Positions 20,360-29,761 of a DNA stretch of 64,000 bases are shown here, piece by piece. A program made the position numbers and the translations under genes. The stretch comes from Wenzhouxiangella sp. (lineage in GTDB: Bacteria > Pseudomonadota > Gammaproteobacteria > Xanthomonadales > Wenzhouxiangellaceae), in NCBI GenBank assembly GCA_036351735.1, contig JAZBPR010000027.1:39073-103072 (forward strand), written 5' to 3'. The stretch's first letter is position 1. Each line of letters starts with the position of its first letter. The notes beneath the pieces are model-generated. The model saw only the letters and a program-made list of their open reading frames with translations. It was not told where the DNA came from and searched no databases.

Positions 20360-21214
20360 CTAAAAACTTGCACGGTAGAAGACCATAGGCCCACTGTAGG
20401 TCCAGTTCAGCTTCCCTGTGAAAGCAGATCGTTCAACGTCGACCTTTAGAGACGAGTAGTCATAACCCAGGCCCAGACCCAGCCAGCTTCGCGGCTGCCA
20501 GGTCATTGCCAACCGGTAATTCTGGATTTGTCCCTCATAGTCGCCGAAAGCCAGGTAGAAGTATTCTGCTCGGGCATTGAGCCAGAGATTGCCGGGCAGA
20601 GACCACAGCGCGGCCAGACCCAGCACCGGCAGCGGCGCAGTCACATCACCGATATCCGTCCGGAATTCGCCTTGCGGCGAGCCACCCACGTCTGCGCTTG
20701 CGGAAAGCGCGACGCGCACGTCCGTGACATGCAACCCGACCGAACCTGCCAGTTCCCAGTTTTGGTTTCGCTGAAAGGCGTATTCGTAGCCCAGTTGGTA
20801 AATGTCGAAATCCAGACTTCCTCGGACCTCGGCGCCGACCGCAAAAGTTTCGTCACCCCAGACCACTTCACGATCGAGGTTCGCGCTGCGATCACGCGAA
20901 TCGTTGAACCAGTTGGCCCGGAGCTTGTGCGTCTCTCCAAAACGCCAAGTCGCGTCAAGGCGAAATCGCGAAGCATCTCCAAGCCCGAACGCGCGTTTCC
21001 AGTCGACATTAGTGCCGGTTTGCGTCTCGCCATCAAGACGGACAATCGGATCGATATCCAAGAGGAAGGTGCCCAGCGAGAAATGCACGGGCTCAGTTAA
21101 CAGATCTGGCGCGGTATCTGCCCAGCTTGGCGAGGCTATCGAGGCAGCCAGGCAAATAGCTATGGCGTTAACCTGGCAAAATTGAAATTTTCCAAAGCGT
21201 CGAGTCGTCATCAC
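20360..21214 (-). CDS. Outer-membrane beta-barrel protein, function unknown
   Basis: Signal peptide, alternating amphipathic strands, C-terminal Phe (YRASF). Confidence 0.7.
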   Translation of the reverse strand: MMTTRRFGKFQFCQVNAIAICLAASIASPSWADTAPDLLTEPVHFSLGTFLLDIDPIVRLDGETQTGTNVDWKRAFGLGDASRFRLDATWRFGETHKLRANWFNDSRDRSANLDREVVWGDETFAVGAEVRGSLDFDIYQLGYEYAFQRNQNWELAGSVGLHVTDVRVALSASADVGGSPQGEFRTDIGDVTAPLPVLGLAALWSLPGNLWLNARAEYFYLAFGDYEGQIQNYRLAMTWQPRSWLGLGLGYDYSSLKVDVERSAFTGKLNWTYSGPMVFYRASF

Positions 21215-21242
21215 ATCTGCTCCGATTTAGGCGGCGCTCTTT

Positions 21243-21905
21243 TCAGAAAAGCCAGCCCAGCTCAAAACGATAAGCATCGAAATCCGGCTCTGCGCCCTGA
21301 CCGCTATCAATAGTGATTCGCTCCCAGCCTGCACGGGCAAACATTCCACCTCTGAACTCATATCGCAGACCGGCACCTACGTTCCAGCTGAAATTGGTAT
21401 CGCTGTAGGTCGAGTAAAAGTCGCTGCAGATATAACCCCACCAGGGATCCCACCAGCAGTCGACTACCGGCGCGCTGTCACTGACGTTCGAATCGAGAAA
21501 GGTCCAGCCAACACCGGCCTGCAGGTAGGGCGTAAATGGGGCATCAAAGATGTTCCAGACACCCTTGAGCTGACCGGTAAAGGCAGTCAGGGTGTGGTCA
21601 ATATTCACCAGACCCTGGTTTTCGGTGTCCAGCACTGCGTCATAGCCGGCCCGGAACCAGGAGCCATCAAAGTGCAGGGCCAGATTTGGCGTGAAGTTGT
21701 AGCCGGCGCTGAACCCCAATCCCAAACCGCCTTCGATATCAAGAGACGACTGATTGTCACCTCGAGCTCTCCTGGAGCCGGTCAGATAAAGGCCGGTACT
21801 TGCCTCCCATCGGCCCTCACGGCTGTACGTGCCGGCATTCCACTGCGCCTGAACGAGAAGGGGTAAAAGGCCAAGAAGCACCAATATGGACTGAACGATC
21901 CGCAT
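21243..21905 (-). CDS. Outer-membrane beta-barrel protein (8-strand OmpA-TM-like)
   Basis: Signal peptide, PYLQAGVGW, FSWNVGAGLRYEF and C-terminal GWLF. Internal loop CWWDPWWGYIC. Confidence 0.75.
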   Translation of the reverse strand: MRIVQSILVLLGLLPLLVQAQWNAGTYSREGRWEASTGLYLTGSRRARGDNQSSLDIEGGLGLGFSAGYNFTPNLALHFDGSWFRAGYDAVLDTENQGLVNIDHTLTAFTGQLKGVWNIFDAPFTPYLQAGVGWTFLDSNVSDSAPVVDCWWDPWWGYICSDFYSTYSDTNFSWNVGAGLRYEFRGGMFARAGWERITIDSGQGAEPDFDAYRFELGWLF

Positions 21906-21963
21906 GCCAAACTCCCTTAAACGAATAAGTGGATCAAAACTTCGCGCGCTGCCTGGATCCGGT

Positions 21964-22398
21964 TCAGCGAGCGAACAACTTGCCGGCCATTGCCATGACG
22001 CCGCTCACGCCCCCCAGCGAGTCCAGTGACCCTCCGCTTGAGGCCTTATCAATCATTTCTGGAATGGCACCTTGCAGACCATTCAAGGCGGTCTCCTGAT
22101 CGAGTCCGAGTTGGTCGGCAAAACGCTGAATATCAGCGCTGTCAAACATCGAGGTCAACTGACTGATATCGATGCCGTCATTGCCGCCGTCACCAAGCCA
22201 GGTTTGGGCGAGAGAAGCCAGACCGCCGTTCTGCATTTTTTCAATCAACGCGCCAAGATCGACTTGCGCGCCCTCACCTGGCATCAGCCCGGCGAGCGCT
22301 CCGTTGATCTGATCCAGCGGGAGTGACCCGACCTGTGCTTTATCGGCTTGTGCCTGAAAGGCCTGGGCGCCAATAGCCAGAATTTGCTGAATATCCAT
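21964..22398 (-). CDS. YidB/DUF937 family protein
   Basis: GGLASLAQTWLGDG, IQRFADQLGL and IPEMIDKASSGG. Confidence 0.8.
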   Translation of the reverse strand: MDIQQILAIGAQAFQAQADKAQVGSLPLDQINGALAGLMPGEGAQVDLGALIEKMQNGGLASLAQTWLGDGGNDGIDISQLTSMFDSADIQRFADQLGLDQETALNGLQGAIPEMIDKASSGGSLDSLGGVSGVMAMAGKLFAR

Positions 22399-22493
22399 GA
22401 TGAGCTCCTCTGTCCGAGCCAGAAGTGTATTGACTAATCACGGCGCGAAATGTCGGTTTCGGTCAATGTGGCTGGTTACCTTATGAAACCCCC

Positions 22494-23219
22494 TCAGCTT
22501 GTGCGATCGTCCAGGTTCACCACAAAAGCCCGGATACGTGCGGCATTGGCGCCCACGTCGCTCAAGCCCACGCGGGACTTCGAGCGCATATCGACCCGGC
22601 TGCCGTCGCCGTCGGCCGAAACGCGAACCACCACATCATCCTTGAAACCGAACCAGAAGGTGGTGTCGGTAGCCTCGATGATGCCGCGCTCGGGATCGGC
22701 GGCGACGATCTCCCAACCCAGTCCACGGGCAGCTTCCAGAGCGTGATCAAAAACAATCGCAGGGTAGGCGTCGATCGTGAGGGGCTGGATTTCAGGGTAG
22801 GCCTCGCGCTGCTGACTGGCAATTTCCTCGCCCTGGTACTCGGGCGGATTGGGCGCATCAACGCGCAGCGGCACGATGGCGCGAAACGCCGGCGGATCGG
22901 AAACATCCGTGGTGATGTCATGGATTCGCGGCAGACTGCGGGCCTGGCTGAGTTGCCAGGCCGGAACAGCCGCAACCGCCGCGCCCAAAACCAGGCTCAG
23001 ACCCAGCAGACCGGCGCGACCGGCGCGCAGCTTCGGAATGATGACCATAATCAGCGCCACCAGGGCACTGCTCCCACCAAGGTATACCGCCCAGCGCATC
23101 AGGCTGAATCCAAAGCGAAAGTCCCAGAATTCAAAACGCGTACCCGGACCAGCAATCAGCAGCAGCAACAGTGCGCTCACCGCGGCGATCAGAACAATGC
23201 GGGCGAGCAGTTTCAGCAT
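22494..23219 (-). CDS. DUF1499 domain membrane protein
   Basis: PRIHDITTD, EATDTTFWFGFKDDVVVRV and RSKSRVGLSDVGANAARI. Start placed at MLKLLAR. Confidence 0.82.
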   Translation of the reverse strand: MLKLLARIVLIAAVSALLLLLIAGPGTRFEFWDFRFGFSLMRWAVYLGGSSALVALIMVIIPKLRAGRAGLLGLSLVLGAAVAAVPAWQLSQARSLPRIHDITTDVSDPPAFRAIVPLRVDAPNPPEYQGEEIASQQREAYPEIQPLTIDAYPAIVFDHALEAARGLGWEIVAADPERGIIEATDTTFWFGFKDDVVVRVSADGDGSRVDMRSKSRVGLSDVGANAARIRAFVVNLDDRTS

Positions 23220-23303
23220 GTCAGTTCTGCCCTGTGGTGACGTCTGCTCATGGACGATTAAGTGTAACGAATCCCGGTCAGAATCCCTGGCCTGCCGCAA
23301 TCC

Positions 23304-23720
23304 TCAGACCATCGTCAGTCGCCGGCTCTTGTCCGGCAGATCCTCTATCGCGATTCGCAGGGTGGCCGGTGGCAGGTAGCCTGTCCCCTTTTCGGCCCAC
23401 TCCACCAGCAGCAAGCTTTGCTCGTCAAGCAGGTCGGGAATGCCGAGAAACTCGATTTCCCCGGGATCGCCGAGGCGGTAAAGATCGAGGTGGTGGATCG
23501 TCAGGTTCTCAAGCTCGTAACTCTCGACCAGGCCGTAGCTCGGGCTCTTGACCCGTCCTGCGTAACCCATGGCGCGCAGCAGGCCGCGCACCAGAGTCGT
23601 TTTGCCCACGCCCAGGTCACCGGAGAGGTAAACCACGCCACCATCGACAAGGCGGGCTGACAGCGGCAGACCGAAGTCAAGCATGTCCTGCTCAGTCGGG
23701 AGAATGAAAGTTTCATTCAT
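23304..23720 (-). CDS. tsaE: tRNA threonylcarbamoyladenosine biosynthesis ATPase
   Basis: GDLGVGKTT, VKSPSY, HLDLYRL and LVEWAE. Confidence 0.93.
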   Translation of the reverse strand: MNETFILPTEQDMLDFGLPLSARLVDGGVVYLSGDLGVGKTTLVRGLLRAMGYAGRVKSPSYGLVESYELENLTIHHLDLYRLGDPGEIEFLGIPDLLDEQSLLLVEWAEKGTGYLPPATLRIAIEDLPDKSRRLTMV

Positions 23721-25189
23721 GCCGGCAGGATATCGATCAAATGATCGATCAGATCGCCGGCCAGAATCTGGCGGCGGCCTGAAGCGGCCGCATCACCGGC
23801 CAAGGCATGCGCCACAACACCGCAACATGCCGCATCAAAGGTTTCCAGACCCTGGCCCAGAAAGCTTGCAATGACACCGGTTAGTGCGTCCCCCATTCCA
23901 GCCGTCGCCATTCCGGGATTGCCGTAAGGGCAAACCGCTGTGCGTTCCTGCGGATCCACAATCAAGGTTCCATGCCCTTTCAACACCGTGACTGCCCGAT
24001 ATCGTTTCGCCAGAGCCCGCGCAGCCGCAAATCGATCCGCCTGGATATCGGAAACAGCACAACCCAAAAGTCGCGCGGCCTCCCCTGGATGAGGGGTCAG
24101 AATGGCAGAGTCCGACAAGGATGGCCCATCGCTGTCGGCCAGTAAGTTCAAAGCATCTGCATCCACCACCACCGGGAGATTTTTGCTCAGCGCACGCTGC
24201 CAGACCGCTCTGGACCACTCGCTCTTGCCCAGCCCCGGGCCAAGGGCGACGACCTGCGCTCGAGCCAGCAGATCATCCAGCGCATCCAAGGTTTCAGTCG
24301 CGTGGGCCATCAATTCCGGCTGCATCGCAATGGCAATAGCGCAATGCGGCTGTCGCGTCGCTAGTGAAACCAGACCGGACCCCGTCCGAAGGGCTGCTTG
24401 TCCAGCCAGGATCGGAGCACCCGCCATCCCCTCGTCACCACCGACCACGACGACATGCCCCAGATCACCTTTGTGAGTGTCGGGCAAGCGTGTTCCCAAC
24501 CTCTGCCTGAGCATCTGCTTGTCCAGCAGGCAAGCATCGGGGGTGTGCACATCATGAATGGTGGCCGGGGTATCCAGATCGAAGAACAAGCGATCCCCAC
24601 ACCAGCGAGCAGCCTGACCCGTAAACAGCCCTCGCTTGTTGCCAATAAAGCTGACCGTGACTTCAGCCATCACAGACACCTCCAACGGCATGCCGGTATC
24701 TGCGCTGAGCCCGGAAGGCACATCGACGGCCAAAACAGGGCGAGAACTGCCGTTGACGTGCGCGATCATTTCAGCGAAAGTCCCCTTGGGCGGTCGATCC
24801 AGCCCTGTGCCTAGCAAAGCATCGACGATGAGATCGCCGCGAATGGCCGTATCGGGATATTCAATGGCGCCGCCGGCCTCCAACCAGTCCATTGCAGCCT
24901 GTTTGGCGTCGTCTCTCAGCTCATCGGGCGATTTCAATGCGATCAACTGGACCGCCAGCCCCGCCTCAAGCGCCAGGCGCGCAATAACGTAACCGTCACC
25001 ACCATTGTTGCCGGCGCCACAGCACACCGTCATGGATCCCGCCTCGGGCCACTTGGCTCTCGCAACGGCAAAGGCTTTGGCGCCCGCGCGTTTCATCAAG
25101 CGATAACCGTCAATACCATGCTCGGCAATGGCCGCTTGGTCCAGCGCGCGAACCTGTTCAGACCGGTAGAGGCGTTGGCGTATATCCAT
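23717..25189 (-). CDS. nnr: Bifunctional NAD(P)H-hydrate epimerase/dehydratase
   Basis: GAGNNGGDG, VDALLGTG, DVPSG, GPGLG, LTPHPGE and GMGDALTG. Confidence 0.93.
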   Translation of the reverse strand: MDIRQRLYRSEQVRALDQAAIAEHGIDGYRLMKRAGAKAFAVARAKWPEAGSMTVCCGAGNNGGDGYVIARLALEAGLAVQLIALKSPDELRDDAKQAAMDWLEAGGAIEYPDTAIRGDLIVDALLGTGLDRPPKGTFAEMIAHVNGSSRPVLAVDVPSGLSADTGMPLEVSVMAEVTVSFIGNKRGLFTGQAARWCGDRLFFDLDTPATIHDVHTPDACLLDKQMLRQRLGTRLPDTHKGDLGHVVVVGGDEGMAGAPILAGQAALRTGSGLVSLATRQPHCAIAIAMQPELMAHATETLDALDDLLARAQVVALGPGLGKSEWSRAVWQRALSKNLPVVVDADALNLLADSDGPSLSDSAILTPHPGEAARLLGCAVSDIQADRFAAARALAKRYRAVTVLKGHGTLIVDPQERTAVCPYGNPGMATAGMGDALTGVIASFLGQGLETFDAACCGVVAHALAGDAAASGRRQILAGDLIDHLIDILPA

Positions 25190-25231
25190 GGGACAAGATT
25201 ATGAGGCAATGGCCTTGGCTATACTCGACCG

Positions 25232-26329
25232 ATGGAACCCGAATGTGCCCAGAACTCCGGCGAGATCAAGCCTGATGATCTTGCAGACCGGATCAAACAT
25301 TGGGGACGGGAACTGGGCTTCCAGCAGGTCGCGATTACCGACACGGATCTAAGCACGTACGAACCCAAGCTGGATGCCTGGCTCGACAGCGGGCACCACG
25401 GCGATATGGACTGGATGGCTTCGCACGGACGCAAACGCTCCCGCCCCTCCCTGCTGAGACCCGGGACACAATCCATCATCGTCGCTCGGATGGATTATCT
25501 GCCCCCACAGGCAACTCTGGTCGAGGCACTGATTGAGCAACCTGAGAAAGCCTGCATTTCCCGCTACGCCGTTGGCCGCGATTACCACAAGGTGATGCGA
25601 GGTCGGCTCAAGCAACTTGCCAATCGCGTTGAGATGGCCATTGGCCCTTTCGGCTACCGCGTCTTTACCGATTCAGCGCCGGTGCTGGAAAAACCCTTGG
25701 CTGAAAAAGCCGGACTGGGCTGGATCGGGAAACATACCAACCTCCTGAATCGACATGCCGGATCCTGGTTCTTTCTCGGCGAAATCTACACTGACCTCGT
25801 ATTACCTGCCGATGCACCTGTGCAAGACCACTGCGGCTCGTGTTCGCGATGCATGGATGTTTGCCCCACCCAAGCCATCATCGCGCCCTACCAACTCGAT
25901 GCCCGACGCTGCATCTCCTATCTGACCATTGAGCTGAAGGGCTCAATTCCGATCGAATTCCGACCCGCCATGGGCAATCGCATCTACGGCTGCGACGACT
26001 GCCAGATGGTGTGTCCCTGGAACCGCTATGCACAATTCAGCGCCGAAGACGATTTCAAGCCGCGCAAGGATCTTGATGCAGGCGATCTCATCACCCTGTT
26101 TGGCTGGGAAGAGCCAGAATTCCTGTTGCGTACCGAAGGCACAGCGATTCGACGCATCGGCCACGAACGCTGGCTGCGCAATATTGCCGTCGCGCTTGGC
26201 AACGCGCCAACATCTTCTGAAGTGATCAAAGCCCTTCAGGCGCGGGCCGACCACGCATCAGAACTAGTCCGTGAGCACGTCGCCTGGGCTTTGGAGAGAC
26301 ACGGTTCAATGGCAACCAGTGGCGTCTAG
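25232..26329 (+). CDS. queG: Epoxyqueuosine reductase
   Basis: SRYAVGRDYH, DSAPVLEK, CGSCSRCMDVCPT, CISYLTIE and GCDDCQMVCPWN. Confidence 0.95.
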   Translation: MEPECAQNSGEIKPDDLADRIKHWGRELGFQQVAITDTDLSTYEPKLDAWLDSGHHGDMDWMASHGRKRSRPSLLRPGTQSIIVARMDYLPPQATLVEALIEQPEKACISRYAVGRDYHKVMRGRLKQLANRVEMAIGPFGYRVFTDSAPVLEKPLAEKAGLGWIGKHTNLLNRHAGSWFFLGEIYTDLVLPADAPVQDHCGSCSRCMDVCPTQAIIAPYQLDARRCISYLTIELKGSIPIEFRPAMGNRIYGCDDCQMVCPWNRYAQFSAEDDFKPRKDLDAGDLITLFGWEEPEFLLRTEGTAIRRIGHERWLRNIAVALGNAPTSSEVIKALQARADHASELVREHVAWALERHGSMATSGV

Positions 26330-26404
26330 ATACCTGCAGGCCGCGCGGAAACCCAAGTTGATAGAATGTCAGGATTCCTATCGACGAGCTTCGGGAGACC
26401 CTGC

Positions 26405-27907
26405 ATGGCGATTCTTCAGAAATTGCGCACTCTGCGCACCATTGGCGGCAAACCTCTGACGCACGGCCTGGCCGACGAGACCATTGAATACTTCGCCGAC
26501 CGCGACGCGCGTCTTGAGCAAGCGGTCGATGACGCTCTGGGCGTGATCCAGTGCTGGCAGTCAGCGTATCCAGAACTCGTCTCGGAAGATGAAACGGTCC
26601 AGCGCGATACCCTGCAGGCCGGTTTCGTCAATTTCTACGCCGACGATGCTGTCAAGCCCTATGTGGCGCTGGCCGGCCGCGGGCCCTGGATCGTGACCGC
26701 AAAAGGCGCCATCCTGCATGACTCCGGGGGCTACGGCATGCTTGGCTTTGGCCATGCGCCGGAGAAAATCATTCAGGCCATGAGCCAGCCACACGTCATG
26801 GCCAACGTCATGACCCCAAGCTTCAGCCATCTGCGTTTGATTGAAGCGCTGAGACGCGAGATTGGGCACCGACGTGACGACCAGTGTCCCTTTGAGCGAT
26901 TCCTATGCATGAACTCCGGCTCCGAGGCCGTCAGCGTGGCGGGCCGCATCGCAGATATCAACGCCAAACTCATGACCGACCCGGGCGGCGCTCGTGCAGG
27001 CTGCCAGATCAAGCGCATGTCCTTGACTGGTGGTTTCCATGGCCGGACCGAACGGCCGGCGCGCTACTCTGATTCGTCGCGCCCCACTTACGCCAAGCAT
27101 CTGGCCTCGTTCCGGGATGATGAGAGCCTGGTCACCATCCCACCCAACGACAAAAGAGCGCTGCAGGAGGCTTTCGATCAGGCCAATCGAGAGGATGTGT
27201 TTTTCGAAGCAGTGTTCATGGAGCCTGTTATGGGCGAGGGCAACCCTGGTGCGGCGCTGGATCCTGATTTCTATGCACTCGCCCGTCGCTTGTGCGATGA
27301 ACACCGCACGCTTTTGCTCATGGATTCGATCCAGGCCGGCTTGCGCGCGCAGGGAACTCTGTCAGTTGTCGACTATCCCGGTTTCGAAAACCTCCCGGGT
27401 CCCGATCTGGAGACCTATTCGAAGGCCCTCAATGCTGGTCAGTATCCGCTGTCGGTTCTGGCGATGAATCAACGAGCTGCCGAACTTTACAAAAAGGGCG
27501 TTTACGGCAACACCATGACAGCCAACCCGCGCGCGCTGGATGTAGGAGTGACTGTTCTCAACCTCATTACGTCCGAGCTTCGCCAGAACATCGTCGAACG
27601 GGGCCGGGAATTCGTGACGAAATTCAATGCCCTGAAAGATGAATTGGATGGACGCATCACCCAGGTGCAGGGCACTGGGCTGCTGTTCTCGGTGGAGCTT
27701 GACGGTACACGGTACAAGGCCTATGGAGAAGGATCGACCGAGGAGTACCTCCGCATGCATGGAATCAACGTCATCCATGGTGGCGAGAATTCTCTGCGGT
27801 ACACCCCACCTTTCGGCATCACCAGTGCCGAGGTCGATTTGATCGTCAGCGCCACGCGCGAGGCTTTGCTCAATGGTCCGACCAAGCTCATGGAGCAAGC
27901 CGCCTGA
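26405..27907 (+). CDS. lat: Class III PLP aminotransferase, L-lysine 6-aminotransferase type
   Basis: Recalled close similarity to Flavobacterium lutescens Lat (GFVNFYADDAV, GGYGMLGFGH, NSGSEAV, EPVMGEG, ETYSKALN, YGNTMT, HGGENSLR). Start placed at MAILQKL. Confidence 0.8.
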   Translation: MAILQKLRTLRTIGGKPLTHGLADETIEYFADRDARLEQAVDDALGVIQCWQSAYPELVSEDETVQRDTLQAGFVNFYADDAVKPYVALAGRGPWIVTAKGAILHDSGGYGMLGFGHAPEKIIQAMSQPHVMANVMTPSFSHLRLIEALRREIGHRRDDQCPFERFLCMNSGSEAVSVAGRIADINAKLMTDPGGARAGCQIKRMSLTGGFHGRTERPARYSDSSRPTYAKHLASFRDDESLVTIPPNDKRALQEAFDQANREDVFFEAVFMEPVMGEGNPGAALDPDFYALARRLCDEHRTLLLMDSIQAGLRAQGTLSVVDYPGFENLPGPDLETYSKALNAGQYPLSVLAMNQRAAELYKKGVYGNTMTANPRALDVGVTVLNLITSELRQNIVERGREFVTKFNALKDELDGRITQVQGTGLLFSVELDGTRYKAYGEGSTEEYLRMHGINVIHGGENSLRYTPPFGITSAEVDLIVSATREALLNGPTKLMEQAA

Positions 27908-27978
27908 ATTCGTTTTCTCAGGTTTTGAGAAGTCATGATGATTGAATCCGTGGTGAACCCTCACCACGGAGACACTGC

Positions 27979-28137
27979 ATGGCTCAGCAAGCCGTACCGA
28001 AAAGACCCTCGACCGCCGAAATCGCCCGTAGCGCAATAATCCGGGGAGGATGCGTGGCCGGGGAATTGCTGGCTCTCTCCAGTCTAGGCCTCGGGCTGAT
28101 CAGCGGTCTTGTGCTGATCGCCAGCCTGATGCCCTGA
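27979..28137 (+). CDS. Putative 52-aa small membrane protein (not in ORF track)
   Basis: GGAG RBS 7 nt before ATG. MAQQAVPKRPSTAEIARSAIIRGGCVAGELLALSSLGLGLISGLVLIASLMP has a C-terminal hydrophobic helix and fills the lat-phoU gap. Confidence 0.45.
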   Translation: MAQQAVPKRPSTAEIARSAIIRGGCVAGELLALSSLGLGLISGLVLIASLMP

Positions 28138-28158
28138 GAAGTACCAAATTCAGGTGAC

Positions 28159-28884
28159 TCAGCTCTTTCCTTCTTCGGCAAGATGCTGCTCTTTCTCGTC
28201 GGTGGGTATGTGACGCACGTCCGTACCCTCGACGAGATAGAAAATGTATTCGCCGATGTTCTTGGCGTGGTCTCCGATCCGCTCCAGCGAGCGAGCGATC
28301 CAGATTGAATTGAGCACCCGAGTTGTATGACGCGGTTCTTCTGCCAGGTAGCTGTAGTACTGGCGCAAAATCGACTCGTATTCGTCATCAACCTTCTGGT
28401 CGGCACGAAACAAATCCAGAGCGATTTGAGAGACCATGCGGACGAACCCATCCAGCGCATCGCGCAGCATGGTTCTGACGTGCCCGCCCATGACCTCAAG
28501 CTCATAATAGTTGTTGCGCGGGCGTTCTGACGCCGTCAAGGTGATCGCAAGCCGGGCAATCTTTTCGGCTTCATCACCCACCCGCTCAAGATCATTGATC
28601 GTCTTGACGATCGCCATGACCAGTCTGAGATCACTGGCGGTCGGCTGACGACGGGCCAAAATTTCCATGGCCGCCTCGTCGATCTCTTTTTCCATCAAGT
28701 TGACCTGATCGTCGGCGGCGATCACGGCCTCAGCCTTTTCGCTATCGCCCTCCAACACAGCCGCGACAGCGTCGGCCACCATTTCCTCGACCATGCCACC
28801 CATCCGCATGACGTCTCGCCGCAGATTCTCCAGTTCCTGGTTGAACTGGCGGGAAATATGCTGATCAAAAAACTTCTCAATCAT
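28159..28884 (-). CDS. phoU: Phosphate signaling complex protein PhoU
   Basis: RQPTASDLR, DLERVGDEA and RSLERIGDHAKNIGE. Confidence 0.95.
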   Translation of the reverse strand: MIEKFFDQHISRQFNQELENLRRDVMRMGGMVEEMVADAVAAVLEGDSEKAEAVIAADDQVNLMEKEIDEAAMEILARRQPTASDLRLVMAIVKTINDLERVGDEAEKIARLAITLTASERPRNNYYELEVMGGHVRTMLRDALDGFVRMVSQIALDLFRADQKVDDEYESILRQYYSYLAEEPRHTTRVLNSIWIARSLERIGDHAKNIGEYIFYLVEGTDVRHIPTDEKEQHLAEEGKS

Positions 28885-28901
28885 GCCCTGCTCCGGGTCT
28901 G

Positions 28902-29744
28902 TCAGCCGTAACGGCCGGTAATGTAGTCTTCCGTCGCCTTTTTGGCGGGATTAGTAAACAGCTTAGCGGTGTCGTCATACTCAATCAGTTCACCAAGATA
29001 CATGTAGGCAGTGAAATCTGAAACCCGGGCGGCCTGCTGCATGTTGTGCGTCACGATGACGATGGTGTAGCTTTCTTTCAGATCAATGATCAACTCTTCG
29101 ACTTTGGCGGTCGAGATGGGATCTAGGGCAGAACAGGGCTCATCAAGAAGAATCACTTCTGGCTCGATGGCAATCGCCCGCGCGATCACCAGTCGCTGCT
29201 GCTGACCACCGGACAGACCGAAAGCGTTGTCGTTCAAACGATCCTTGACTTCATCCCAAAGCGCTGCCCTTTGTAGAGAGCTCTCGACCACCTCGTCGAG
29301 CTTCCGCTTGTTCTTTACACCCTGCAGCCTCAGGCCATAGGCGATGTTCTCGTAGATCGACTTCGGGAACGGATTGGGCTTCTGGAACACCATGCCGACC
29401 TTGCGGCGCAGTTCCGGGACGTCCACGTCCGGCCGGTAGATGTCTTGGTTATCGATCCTGATCTCACCCTCGATGCGGCAGATGTCGATCAGGTCATTCA
29501 TGCGGTTGAAGCATCGCAGCAGGGTTGATTTCCCACAGCCGGAAGGCCCGATGAAGGCCGTGACGCGCCGCTTGGGAATATCCATGTTGATGCTCTTTAG
29601 TGCCTGATCGTTGCCGTAGAAGAGATTCAGGTCACGCACCTGCATGGACACCTCTTCAGAACTCAAGCGAAGACGTTGCCGGGTCTGTGCATTCGGAATG
29701 CCGGCGGAAACCCCCGGCGCTGATGTTTGAGACGCTTGATTCAT
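28902..29744 (-). CDS. pstB: Phosphate ABC transporter ATPase
   Basis: [38 protein letters not shown] and YITGRYG. Confidence 0.97.
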   Translation of the reverse strand: MNQASQTSAPGVSAGIPNAQTRQRLRLSSEEVSMQVRDLNLFYGNDQALKSINMDIPKRRVTAFIGPSGCGKSTLLRCFNRMNDLIDICRIEGEIRIDNQDIYRPDVDVPELRRKVGMVFQKPNPFPKSIYENIAYGLRLQGVKNKRKLDEVVESSLQRAALWDEVKDRLNDNAFGLSGGQQQRLVIARAIAIEPEVILLDEPCSALDPISTAKVEELIIDLKESYTIVIVTHNMQQAARVSDFTAYMYLGELIEYDDTAKLFTNPAKKATEDYITGRYG

Positions 29745-29761
29745 GAGTTCCTCGATCGGTT

